13,254 nucleotides of DNA from Candidatus Nanohalobium sp. (GCA_042216335.1 JBDGTY010000013.1:1-13254); one strand, 5' to 3'. Counted from the first letter of the stretch, positions 1 to 8,476 are shown. A program made the numbers and translations. The notes: a model not told the origin generated them from the letters alone.

Positions 1-15
1 ACCAACGCCACAACC

Positions 16-22
16 TTTATAT
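16..22 (+). promoter_or_regulatory. Putative archaeal TATA box for the first operon
   Basis: TTTATAT begins 30 nt before ATG 46, a spacing that fits a leaderless or near-leaderless transcript. Confidence 0.55.
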
Positions 23-45
23 GTGTCACTATACAATAACAACAT

Positions 46-165
46 ATGATCGCAATGAGTCAAACTGAATACAACTCGATCGCATCCCAGCCCCTCGAGG
101 AGCTAAGGGCTGAAACTCCTGAAGTCAAAATCGAACTGAAACATGCTGAGATCGTCACAGGGTGA
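46..165 (+). CDS. Small hypothetical protein (39 aa; alternative start ATG 55)
   Basis: Hand translation gives MIAMSQTEYNSIASQPLEELRAETPEVKIELKHAEIVTG*. It is Glu-rich and has a TATA box upstream. Its GGTGA end (161-165) is positioned as an SD for ATG 172. It is absent from the ORF track. Confidence 0.6.
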   Translation: MIAMSQTEYNSIASQPLEELRAETPEVKIELKHAEIVTG

Positions 166-171
166 TCTAAG

Positions 172-477
172 ATGGAGAAACTTGGCACTGTAACTCAAAC
201 AGCCGAAGTAGGAGATATTCATTACAAATTTAGGAGAGATCGTTTTGATAGAGATGGTGAGGACTTCGAGCACTATATAATTAAAGCAGTTGAGGAAGAT
301 GGTAGTGAAGAAATCCTAGAATCTAAAACTGTTCAAGGTTTGGAAGATGAAGAGGATTATCAATTCGATCAACTCTACGATCGTGTATTCAATGAAACCA
401 AGCAATCAGGATCAAGTTCGTGGGGAGAAACAACAGAAAAGTTGGAAGAAGGCTACTCTCCGAGAGGCGATCTTTGA
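172..477 (+). CDS. Acidic hypothetical protein (101 aa)
   Basis: Strongly D/E-rich ORF with SD-like GGTGA 6 nt upstream. Its TGA overlaps the next ATG (TGATG). Confidence 0.8.
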   Translation: MEKLGTVTQTAEVGDIHYKFRRDRFDRDGEDFEHYIIKAVEEDGSEEILESKTVQGLEDEEDYQFDQLYDRVFNETKQSGSSSWGETTEKLEEGYSPRGDL

Positions 478-968
478 TGGTTTCTGAATTAACACAAGAT
501 TTGGAAAAAGCTGGAGAATATGATAAGAGCGTGCTTGAGGGCGTAGGAGGCACCAGAGCTAAGATAGGTGATTTCGTTGAGCTGATTAGTTCTTATGATG
601 TTGCGGCTGATCCTGAGAAGGATAGGTACATCGTTCAGGATGACGTCCACCAGTACTCGGTTCAGATAGCAGATATTAGTGAAGAGAAGGCTGGGGACGG
701 ATCTGATGAACTTGTTGGAGAAATTTTCGTGGAAAAATCTCAGTCGGGTTTCAGTAATGAGGCAGTTTCAAGATACAACGTGCTTTCTGATCAGGATATT
801 GAAGAAGATCCTGGTGACGGGGCACTATACAATGACAGAAGTGAAGGTTTAGTAAACGCAGCTGATAGAGCTCCTGATAGAACTGAACAGGAAATGAATG
901 AAAAAGGTGATGACGAAATTCTAGAACCGGACACGGAAACAGGCTGGGGCGTAGCGGATAACCTCTAG
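477..968 (+). CDS. Acidic hypothetical protein (163 aa, MVSELTQDL...)
   Basis: Start moved from 420 to ATG 477 because of the TGATG coupling and because the 19-aa extension is atypically basic. The remainder is D/E-rich. Confidence 0.8.
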   Translation: MVSELTQDLEKAGEYDKSVLEGVGGTRAKIGDFVELISSYDVAADPEKDRYIVQDDVHQYSVQIADISEEKAGDGSDELVGEIFVEKSQSGFSNEAVSRYNVLSDQDIEEDPGDGALYNDRSEGLVNAADRAPDRTEQEMNEKGDDEILEPDTETGWGVADNL

Positions 969-3059
969 CTACCTGACCTCACTCCCTACTTCCATCTCTT
1001 CTTCTGTTGTCAGCATGGTGACGTTTCCGTCTTCATCCTCTGCTGCCAGCATCATGCATTCGCTTTTCTCTCCACGTAGCTCGGTCGGTTCAAGGTTGGC
1101 CAATACGATGACATTCCTTCCTTCAAGCTCTTCCCTGCTGTAGTGGTTCTTCAGTCCTGCGCAGGTCTGGAGCGTTGCTTCTCCGACGTCGACCTGTACT
1201 TTGTAGAGTTTGTCTGCGTTCGGATGCTCTTCGACTTCCTGGACTTTTCCTGTCCTGATATCCATCTCCATGAAGTCGTCGAAGCTGACCGTGTCCTCGT
1301 TGAAACCGTGGTCCGCTGATTCTTCCTCTGATTCGTCTTCCATGTTGTCGTCCTCGCTGTCTTCCTGGTGCTGTGAAGTGTCGATCTTCTCGAAAAGTAT
1401 CTCTCGCTCTCCCAGTTCGTGGCCTGGTTCAAGCTCTCCGACAGCCTCTTCCAGATCGTTTACTCCTTCCTCTGCATCGATTTCCGTGTTGAGCTGCTCG
1501 GCCATCTCTCTGCTGGATGATGGTGTGAAAGGATACATCGCCTTGCTTAATGCGTTGATTATCTGGACTGCGACGTAGATCGTCTCCCTCCTTCTCTCCT
1601 CGTGGTTCCAGGGCTGTTCCTCGCTGAGGTACTTGTCTCCGTGTCTCGCAAGTTCGATTGCTGTCTCAAGCGCTTCCTTGACCTCGTGGTCCTCGAACTG
1701 CTGGTCGTATCTCTCCAGTAGTTCCTCGGTCTTATCCAGCGCTTCCTCATCCTGTTCTTCCAGTTCTGGTTCTGGAACCTTTCCGTTGAACCAGTCCTCT
1801 GCCAGGCTTAACGCTCTGTTGGTGAAGTTGCCGACAGTGTTGTTCAACACGCCGTTGACCTCTGACTCGAAGTCCTCCCAGGCGAAGTTTGTGTCCTCTG
1901 TGGTTGGGAGTCTTCTGGCCAGGTAGAACCTCCAGTAGTCGGGCTCGTAGTACTTGACTGCGTCGTCGATGAATACTCCGCGGTTCCTTGACTTTGAGAA
2001 CGCGCCGCCCTCCCACATCAGGTGGTTCTGGAGGAACTCCCAGTCAGGCAGCCCATACTCTATATCATCGTTCCTGGCGCCGAGAAGTATCGTTGGAAAG
2101 ATGACTGTGTGGAATATGACGTTGTCCTTCCCTACAGAGTAGATGATCTCTGCATCGCTGTCCCAGTACTCTCTCCACTCTTCATCGTCTTCAAACAGCT
2201 CTCTCGTGAACCCTATGTAGCCGATCGGTGCGTCAAACCAGACGTAAAGGGCCTTATTGTCGTAGACCTCTGGATTAAGCTTTTCGACATCTAATTCTTC
2301 TTCCTCTATCCTCTGATTTACTCTTTCGACAGGGATGCTGAAGCCCCAGTCCTGGTCACGTGTTATCGAACGCTCTTCTGCCTCTTCCAGGTCATGGAGC
2401 ACCTGGCCTTCCATATGCCCGGGGATTGGGTCTTCGTTTTCTATCCAATCTTTCAGTTCGCCCTTGAACTCTGTCAGGTCGAGAAACAAGTGATCGGTGT
2501 CCCTGAACTCTATACTGTCTCCGCCACATATCTGGCACTCTGGATTCTCTATTTCCTCTGGTTCAACAAGTTTTCCGCAGTCGTCGCACTGGTCTCCTCT
2601 CGCCAGGCCGCCGCAGTGAGGGCATTCCCCCTCGATGTATCTGTCGGGTAGGAACCTTTCGTCGTCACGGCAGTAGGCCATGTTCTGGGTTTTCTCGCTG
2701 ATCAAACCTTTGCAGTATAGTTCCTCGAACATGTCGTGGGTCTGCTTCCTGTTATAATCGGAGTGGGTGTCTGAGAAGATGGAGAAGTCGACTTCAAGGC
2801 TTTCGTATGCTTCCCTGACTTTCTCGTTCTGGCTGTCTTTAATATCTTTCGGGTCTTCTCCTCTTTCGATTGCCTCGAGTTCCAGCGGTGTTCCATGTAC
2901 GTCTCCGCCGCAGATGAACTCGTTCTCAACTCCCTTCAGGTCGAAGAACCTGTGCATCAGTTCAGCCGGCAGTACGCTTCCTGCCATGTTGCCCAGATGT
3001 GGGATTCCGTGTACGTATGGGAGTGCTGAAGTAACCGCGACCTTTCTATCTTCTGTGAT
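969..3059 (-). CDS. metG: Methionyl-tRNA synthetase with C-terminal tRNA-binding (Trbp111-like OB-fold) domain
   Basis: The frame extends upstream of the track start as (I)TEDRKVAVTSALPYVHGIPHLGN, containing the HIGH-type motif HLGN. Also present: GDVHGTP, zinc-knuckle CPHC/CDDC/CQIC, LYVWFDAPIGY, GKDNVIFH, KMSKS-type AFSKS, an acidic linker and a C-terminal 'HPNADKLY...SECMMLAA' domain. The exact start is uncertain (ATC 3059). Confidence 0.97.
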   Translation of the reverse strand: MTEDRKVAVTSALPYVHGIPHLGNMAGSVLPAELMHRFFDLKGVENEFICGGDVHGTPLELEAIERGEDPKDIKDSQNEKVREAYESLEVDFSIFSDTHSDYNRKQTHDMFEELYCKGLISEKTQNMAYCRDDERFLPDRYIEGECPHCGGLARGDQCDDCGKLVEPEEIENPECQICGGDSIEFRDTDHLFLDLTEFKGELKDWIENEDPIPGHMEGQVLHDLEEAEERSITRDQDWGFSIPVERVNQRIEEEELDVEKLNPEVYDNKALYVWFDAPIGYIGFTRELFEDDEEWREYWDSDAEIIYSVGKDNVIFHTVIFPTILLGARNDDIEYGLPDWEFLQNHLMWEGGAFSKSRNRGVFIDDAVKYYEPDYWRFYLARRLPTTEDTNFAWEDFESEVNGVLNNTVGNFTNRALSLAEDWFNGKVPEPELEEQDEEALDKTEELLERYDQQFEDHEVKEALETAIELARHGDKYLSEEQPWNHEERRRETIYVAVQIINALSKAMYPFTPSSSREMAEQLNTEIDAEEGVNDLEEAVGELEPGHELGEREILFEKIDTSQHQEDSEDDNMEDESEEESADHGFNEDTVSFDDFMEMDIRTGKVQEVEEHPNADKLYKVQVDVGEATLQTCAGLKNHYSREELEGRNVIVLANLEPTELRGEKSECMMLAAEDEDGNVTMLTTEEEMEVGSEVR

Positions 3060-3066
3060 AACGAGT

Positions 3067-3104
3067 TCACCTAGAGAACTGTTTGGACGCTAATTTTCTT
3101 TAAA
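3067..3104 (-). promoter_or_regulatory. Putative metG TATA box (TTTAAA, 3104-3099) and SD (AGGTGA, 3072-3067)
   Basis: AT-rich intergenic region. The SD lies 7 nt before the ATC at 3059. Confidence 0.55.
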
Positions 3105-3117
3105 CTCCTTTTTATCC

Positions 3118-3498
3118 TTAGGGCTGAAAATCCCTGTCCTCGAACTCGACCTCCAGGAACCCGTACTCCTCGTCCTCAGGCGCTCCGTCGAGCAGGTGAT
3201 CGAAGACTCTGTAGACTGCGTCTCCCGGCCTCCAGTATCTTTCCGTTCCCTCCGAATGATACAGCACCACAGTACTTTCATCCTCTGGATTTTCACCTTC
3301 TAGAGCATCTTCGCAGGTTTCGGCCAGAGCACGGCCAAAGATGCCTTCTCGGCCGTTATCCGATGCATTCTCGTACAAACTCTCGAGATGTCCTACATAC
3401 ATCCTGGTCTCGTTGTCCTCGTAGACGGTGTGCTCCTGCATTAATTCTTTCAGCTCATCTTCTCTCAGTGTGTCGCAGACCTTCCTCGCTCTCATCAT
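3118..3498 (-). CDS. Acidic hypothetical protein (126 aa)
   Basis: D/E-rich ORF filling the gap. No family recognised. Confidence 0.8.
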   Translation of the reverse strand: MMRARKVCDTLREDELKELMQEHTVYEDNETRMYVGHLESLYENASDNGREGIFGRALAETCEDALEGENPEDESTVVLYHSEGTERYWRPGDAVYRVFDHLLDGAPEDEEYGFLEVEFEDRDFQP

Positions 3499-3531
3499 TT
3501 TGCTACACTACGGCAGTAAATATTCCATATG

Positions 3532-3539
3532 TTTTATAA
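3532..3539. promoter_or_regulatory. TATA-like element in a 65-nt divergent intergenic region
   Basis: TTTTATAA lies about 31 nt before GTG 3564 and also reads TTATAAAA on the minus strand. Confidence 0.45.
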
Positions 3540-3563
3540 GATTCTTTCCCTCTATAACGGTCT

Positions 3564-3956
3564 GTGAGTGTCTTTGACAACCTTCAAAATATGGCAGATT
3601 CCTCAGGCCTAAGAAGTTACTTCTCTACTTCAGGAGGGGATGTTCCTCAAGATGAGATTGCGGTTTTTCTGGGAGGAGTAGTAGAAAGTTATGAGAATAG
3701 TGAAGACTATCGAGGGAAGATAGAAAAGGACGTGCTGCGTGAAGGTCTTGACGTGGACGAAATTAACCTTGAGGAGGACACTCTCGCCAACTTAGTCATA
3801 AGGCATCTGAGAGGAGATAGTCTTAATTCTCAGCACAGACTGAGAATGAGTCCGGATGGAGAGGCATTGTATCAAGAAATAAGAGACGCAGCCACTATAG
3901 AGGAATCCGGAGGTTCTTACCAGGTTGAACTGGATTTCTCCTATGGCTTCAGATAA
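3564..3956 (+). CDS. Acidic hypothetical protein (130 aa)
   Basis: GTG-start D/E-rich ORF (alternative ATG 3591). Its 3' end overlaps the HAD gene by 8 nt. Confidence 0.75.
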   Translation: MSVFDNLQNMADSSGLRSYFSTSGGDVPQDEIAVFLGGVVESYENSEDYRGKIEKDVLREGLDVDEINLEEDTLANLVIRHLRGDSLNSQHRLRMSPDGEALYQEIRDAATIEESGGSYQVELDFSYGFR

Positions 3957-4734
3957 TATTCCTCTTCAAACGGTTCAGGTTGCTTAACCCGAAGTCCGGC
4001 TGCTGGTCTTCATCGGCTGCTGCCAATATCTCTCTGTCGAGGTCGCCGCTCATCACGGCCCCGGTCTTCATACCCAAATCGTTCCCGAACTCGATGTCAG
4101 CGGCCCGGTCGCCTATCACGAGGGAGGCGGTCGGGAAGTAGGAGAAGTAGTCCTTGAAGACCTTCCGGAAACTTTTGCTCGGCTTTCCGACCAGCTCAAC
4201 CTGGGAATCATCCGCGTACTCCCTAAGAGCCTTGTTGAAAGGTTTCTGGTGCGGCTGCTCGCCCGAGGTCTTCCTGAAAGTCCTCTCCGTCGAACAGATG
4301 TACAGCTTCCCGCCATCCTGGAGGATCTTCATCGCCTTCCGGAGCTTATCATAGTTGAACTGCCGGTCAAAACCGGCCACGACCGCATCGGCATCCTTTG
4401 AGACCTTGATATCTTTCCTGTCTAACTCATCGATCAAACCTTTCTCACCGATGGCGTAGACCTTCTTGTAGCCGTCCTCGGCGATCCTCTCTGCCGCCAC
4501 GTAACCAGAAGTAAGCACCTGGTCCTCGTCCGCAGGTATGTTCATTGAGGACAGCTTCTTCGCGTACTCCTTCCGTGAGAGCAACGTGTTATCCGTTACG
4601 AAGTAGTAATCCTTTCCGACCTCTCTGATCGTATCTATCAGGTCTTCCGCTCCGATGATAGCCGAGTCCCAGTTCCAGATGGTCTTATCCAGATCGAAGA
4701 AAAAGTCGTTTTTACTCTCAAGTTCGATGTCCAT
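3949..4734 (-). CDS. HAD-superfamily subfamily IIA hydrolase (NagD-like phosphatase), 261 aa
   Basis: Motifs FFFDLDKT (DxD), FVTDNT, VLTSG, AVVAGFD, VGKP and VIGDRAADIEFG. Start set at ATG 4734 (MDIELES), with TATA-like CTTAAATTT 27 nt upstream. Confidence 0.92.
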   Translation of the reverse strand: MDIELESKNDFFFDLDKTIWNWDSAIIGAEDLIDTIREVGKDYYFVTDNTLLSRKEYAKKLSSMNIPADEDQVLTSGYVAAERIAEDGYKKVYAIGEKGLIDELDRKDIKVSKDADAVVAGFDRQFNYDKLRKAMKILQDGGKLYICSTERTFRKTSGEQPHQKPFNKALREYADDSQVELVGKPSKSFRKVFKDYFSYFPTASLVIGDRAADIEFGNDLGMKTGAVMSGDLDREILAAADEDQQPDFGLSNLNRLKRNII

Positions 4735-4828
4735 ATTCACTTGTTGTGTCCTAAATTTAAGTATTTCCCGCCGTGTAGGTTGCTCACGGTGAAGAGCTTT
4801 TTTATTCTCGAAATGTTCCAACTGTTAT

Positions 4829-7303
4829 GTGGTCTGGAAAAATTTTGTCTTGGTTTTAGCGCTTCTGGCAGTGCTATCTGGGTTTGCGGCTGGAGAAGCT
4901 ACTGTTACTGATCTATCCGTGGATGTTAATGACCAAGATGGAGATGGAATTTTTGTAATGGGAAGACCTGTCAAGAGCAGATTTCATTACACTATGAATC
5001 AGCGTGTTCAGGTTTCCTTCGCGGTTGATGAGACCTACAGTATGGGTCCTGTTATAAATGGAGTTAGGGACAATATAAAGTGGTTTTACGATCAGTTGGG
5101 GGGTGGAGCTCAGGGTACTGTGGTTGGAAGTGGTTGTGATGATAAAGCCTGTTCTGACTCCGACTATCCGGGCGATCATTCTGGTTCGAGCGAGCCCCGG
5201 GATGTTGTTGATGGTAACGGCCTTACATCCAATCTTAACGATCTGAAGGAGGGTGCTGACAGGCTTGCTGAGAGGACTACGTCTGAGGGGCCTGATGACA
5301 CTATCTCGGAGGCAGTTGGTTACGGCACTGAGGCATCAGATTATACAGGGGGTGTTGAATACTACGATGACGAGTACTATGGATACGACCAATCGAATGA
5401 AAAAGCTGTGATCTGGGTGGAGGACGGCGGCGCCAGAGGATCATGTACTGGAGTATCTGACTTTTCGGAGGGTGCTCTGGGGGATTACCTTGTTGATAAG
5501 GGTTTCAAGTTCTATGCGATTGTAAGAGACCTGGGGAGCTGTAGATCTCATTTTGAAACTGCTGCAGCGCAGACGGGGGGAGAGGTATATAATCTTTCTA
5601 GTAGTCCTTCAAATTCTGACTGGCAGGATATACTTGGAGATATCTCCAGTTCCATAGAAGTCGAAGCCAACCTTACTGCGGCCGTGGATTCAAACAGCTA
5701 CTCTACAGAGAACTATGATAGCAAGCAACAGGTGAGCGGAAATGATAACTACAAATTTGTTAATGTGAATTCGGTTCGTGGTGAGCACACTTTCGTGTTT
5801 CACTGGCGGCCCACAGATCATGGCACACAGGAACTTCAGACAGGAGATTCCTTCCTGAGGATCAGGGATCCGGAAGGCCTGAAAACATTTGGTTTCAGTG
5901 GCAGCCGACAGGAAAATGTTCGATACGTTGACTTCGATGTGGAAAATGCCTCTATCCTCAGAGAAAGGTCAAAGGTGTACGTCAATTTTACAGTGGAAAA
6001 TGTGGGGAACACTGAATCGAAAATCCGGAAAGTATGGATAGCAGATGGTTCCGGATTAAGTGCCAATTATGAAAGCTATAACCTCAATCGCTTGAGTCAG
6101 GGTGAGGAGCAACGTTTCACAATTGAATTGTCAGAGTCCAACCCGATATTCTCTGATCTTGAATCTATCTATATCCGGGCCGATCCAAAGGGATACTGGG
6201 ACGGCACATCTTATGGCCACGGTAACACTCTGGAGCCGAACGAGGCCAACAACGTCGTGAACCTGGGTTATCCTCCGAGGCTTGAGGATATAAGTCCTCA
6301 GCCAACAGGCGGTGTTTCCTGGAGTGAGACTTTCCGGCCGCAGTTCACTTATGCTCATCCGAATCCTGGTACTGTCAGTGGGGTCTACAACTTCACGAAC
6401 GCCAGTGTCCGGATGGAGACGAACGCGGCCATGGATCTCACCACGAACACTGATGAAGCGGTTCTGACCACTGCAAGGGATTTCTTTGCCGATCCTGCGG
6501 AGAGGTGGTACAACTTTACAGTCAGAGTGAAGGATGGCAGGGGGGCCACGACTATCCGCACTGCGTCCTACTTTGTGGATAATCCCAAGCCTAAAGCTTT
6601 TGCTATCGAGCCTTCGGATTCGGGAGTAGTCTCAAGTTTCCCTGTGAATCTACTGGCCCGGGTAGAGGATGACAACTCGGCGTACCACAACCGGCCTCTG
6701 CAGGTGACGATCTACGACCATAATGGTGATTACCTGGCTTCCGCCAGCGTCAGTTCCGGCAATACGATTAGCCATGAATGGGAGATTCCTAACGCACTTT
6801 CCAGCCAGTACGAGTGGACTGTTGAAGTAGAGGATAAATGGGATACGGTAAATACAACTTTCACGTTCACGAAGGTAGTGGGGAGGAGCTACAGGAGCGA
6901 TCTATCCATAGATCTGAACTACTCCTCTATCGTGATGAACGCGGATAGTAACAGGTACGCACAGCTTACAGTTGAGAATAATGTGAATAACGTGAAAGAT
7001 CTTACCCTGAACCTTACAGGGGTCGAAGCAGAATTCCTCGGTGGGGGCCAGTCCAGGAGGATCTCGGCCTTTCCCGGCCAGACCCAGAGAACCTACAAGA
7101 TCAGGATAATGCCCGACTCAAAGACCGATAAAGACCTGGAGATAGTAGCAGAAAACAACAACCTGGGAATAAACACCACAAGAACCATCCCGGTGACAGT
7201 ACTCGAGAACAAGCGCAGTTCCAGAGATGTTCCAGGGCTGCAGCTGATCCACCTGTTATTTGTGGCAATAACTGCTACAGTTCTTTATTCTGTACGACTC
7301 TGA
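4829..7303 (+). CDS. Secreted, C-terminally anchored surface protein with vWA-like, CARDB-like and Ig-like domains (824 aa)
   Basis: Signal peptide KNFVLVLALLAVLSGFAAG and a DQDGDG Ca-binding-type loop. vWA hallmarks: VSFAVDETYSM, AVIWVEDG, FYAIV, AAQTGGEVY. CARDB hallmarks: VNFTVENVG...IRADP...EPNEANN. Also beta-rich repeats, about 11 N-x-S/T sequons and a C-terminal VPGL plus hydrophobic helix. Confidence 0.85.
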   Translation: MVWKNFVLVLALLAVLSGFAAGEATVTDLSVDVNDQDGDGIFVMGRPVKSRFHYTMNQRVQVSFAVDETYSMGPVINGVRDNIKWFYDQLGGGAQGTVVGSGCDDKACSDSDYPGDHSGSSEPRDVVDGNGLTSNLNDLKEGADRLAERTTSEGPDDTISEAVGYGTEASDYTGGVEYYDDEYYGYDQSNEKAVIWVEDGGARGSCTGVSDFSEGALGDYLVDKGFKFYAIVRDLGSCRSHFETAAAQTGGEVYNLSSSPSNSDWQDILGDISSSIEVEANLTAAVDSNSYSTENYDSKQQVSGNDNYKFVNVNSVRGEHTFVFHWRPTDHGTQELQTGDSFLRIRDPEGLKTFGFSGSRQENVRYVDFDVENASILRERSKVYVNFTVENVGNTESKIRKVWIADGSGLSANYESYNLNRLSQGEEQRFTIELSESNPIFSDLESIYIRADPKGYWDGTSYGHGNTLEPNEANNVVNLGYPPRLEDISPQPTGGVSWSETFRPQFTYAHPNPGTVSGVYNFTNASVRMETNAAMDLTTNTDEAVLTTARDFFADPAERWYNFTVRVKDGRGATTIRTASYFVDNPKPKAFAIEPSDSGVVSSFPVNLLARVEDDNSAYHNRPLQVTIYDHNGDYLASASVSSGNTISHEWEIPNALSSQYEWTVEVEDKWDTVNTTFTFTKVVGRSYRSDLSIDLNYSSIVMNADSNRYAQLTVENNVNNVKDLTLNLTGVEAEFLGGGQSRRISAFPGQTQRTYKIRIMPDSKTDKDLEIVAENNNLGINTTRTIPVTVLENKRSSRDVPGLQLIHLLFVAITATVLYSVRL

Positions 7304-7466
7304 CGATGTATCCTGCGACCCTGTTCCGCAGCCTCTTTGAGGTGAATTCTCCTGTCTCTTTAAGCTCTTCTTTGTTCTCCTCGAAGTCTTCGGAGAACTT
7401 TTTCTCGTCTGCGTCTACCAGGTCCTGTGCCAGTCTTTTGACGTAGGTCTGTCTTACTCTTCCCAT
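7275..7466 (-). CDS. rps17e: 30S ribosomal protein S17e (63 aa)
   Basis: MGRVRQTYVKR...DFEENK...SKRLRNRVAGY is the eS17 signature. The true start is ATG 7466, inside the longer track ORF. Confidence 0.96.
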   Translation of the reverse strand: MGRVRQTYVKRLAQDLVDADEKKFSEDFEENKEELKETGEFTSKRLRNRVAGYIVRVVQNKEL

Positions 7467-7508
7467 ACAAGTACATACAGGCGGTATAAGTTTCTTAAAC
7501 CCCTCTGC

Positions 7509-7542
7509 TTTAAACCCGGGAAACACCAAATAAACGGTGTTT
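7509..7542 (+). promoter_or_regulatory. TATA box (TTTAAA 7509-7514) and inverted repeat AAACACC-N8-GGTGTTT (7521-7542)
   Basis: Perfect 7-bp arms lie between the TATA box and ATG 7543. Confidence 0.55.
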
Positions 7543-7833
7543 ATGGCAAACATCAGGAGACTCGTCCTCGACGTGCTCAAACCGCACGAACCCTCGATCA
7601 CCCGGTTCGCACAGGAAATCAGCGAGATGGAGGAAGCAGAAGGCGTCAACGCCACCATGCTGGAAATAGATGAAGAGGTCCAGAACATCAAGATAACAGT
7701 ACAGGGAGAAAACCTGAGGGAGGAAAAGATCAAGGAACTGGTCGAGGACCTGGGAGGAAGTATCCACAGCTTTGACGAGATAGTGTGCGGGGAAGATATA
7801 GTCGAGGAAGTCGAAACACCTCAGGACAAATAA
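7543..7833 (+). CDS. DUF211 (COG1888)-family protein
   Basis: Signature IRRLVLDVLKPHEP...EGVN...GGSIHSFDEIVCG. This family is typically adjacent to VIT1-like genes in archaea. Confidence 0.9.
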   Translation: MANIRRLVLDVLKPHEPSITRFAQEISEMEEAEGVNATMLEIDEEVQNIKITVQGENLREEKIKELVEDLGGSIHSFDEIVCGEDIVEEVETPQDK

Positions 7834-7849
7834 AATAGGAGGAAGATAG

Positions 7850-8425
7850 ATGATCGAGGAGCTCAGGGAGAGCTGGCAGCGCGAAGAAGTCAGAAGCATC
7901 TCCAGAAGATACTTCATATCCAACGGATTCGACGGAACACTCACAGCAACAGGAGTAGCCGTCGGTTCTTTTCTATCCGGAGTACCGGACGGATTGACGG
8001 TCTTCAAGGTTGGGATCGGCGCGGGCATCGGACTCGCGACTTCCGGGGTCTGGAGCGTATGGGAGATAGAGAAAGCGGAGAAACTCGCCCAGTTGCATGC
8101 CCTCGAGGACTCTATGATGGAGGACCTGAAGAATACCGAGGTGCACGAAAAGAAGAAACAGGGCCGGATAATAAACTCGTTGAGCAGCGGCCTCGGCCCG
8201 GTCATCGGAGTACTGGTTCCTATCCTGCCCTTCCTTCTTGAAAGAGGAGGTTTACTGACGATGCTCCAGGCCACGATCCTGTCTGTCGCCCTGGCGGTGC
8301 TGCTTCTCGGAGCCTTCGGCGCATACATGGCCAGGATTTCACGTCAGAAGATGCTATGGGCAGCCGCACGGATGGGGCTGGCTGGGCTGGTAGTGGCGCT
8401 GCTGAACATCGTGCTGCCAGGATGA
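7850..8425 (+). CDS. VIT1/CCC1-family membrane protein (archaeal TIGR00267 type; putative Fe/Mn transporter)
   Basis: RRYFISNGFDG motif, about five hydrophobic segments, an 'E.AE' cytoplasmic loop and PILPF. SD AGGAGG at 7837-7842. Confidence 0.9.
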   Translation: MIEELRESWQREEVRSISRRYFISNGFDGTLTATGVAVGSFLSGVPDGLTVFKVGIGAGIGLATSGVWSVWEIEKAEKLAQLHALEDSMMEDLKNTEVHEKKKQGRIINSLSSGLGPVIGVLVPILPFLLERGGLLTMLQATILSVALAVLLLGAFGAYMARISRQKMLWAAARMGLAGLVVALLNIVLPG

Positions 8426-8476
8426 AGAATCGGCAGGATACGTTTTCAATGGTTAGCTGCTGTAGGTGAAACCAAC

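Noticed and set aside
1151..3093. Many alternative-frame and antisense ORFs over metG
   Set aside because: They are Ser- or Arg-rich shadows of Glu/Asp-rich codons within an unambiguous gene, with no motifs.
3090..3296. 68-aa minus-strand ORF overlapping the 3118-3498 gene
   Set aside because: It is a basic alternative frame of an acidic ORF that fits the proteome better.
4735..4821. 29-aa N-terminal extension of the HAD ORF
   Set aside because: It covers the divergent promoter region. Motif I position and TATA spacing favour ATG 4734.
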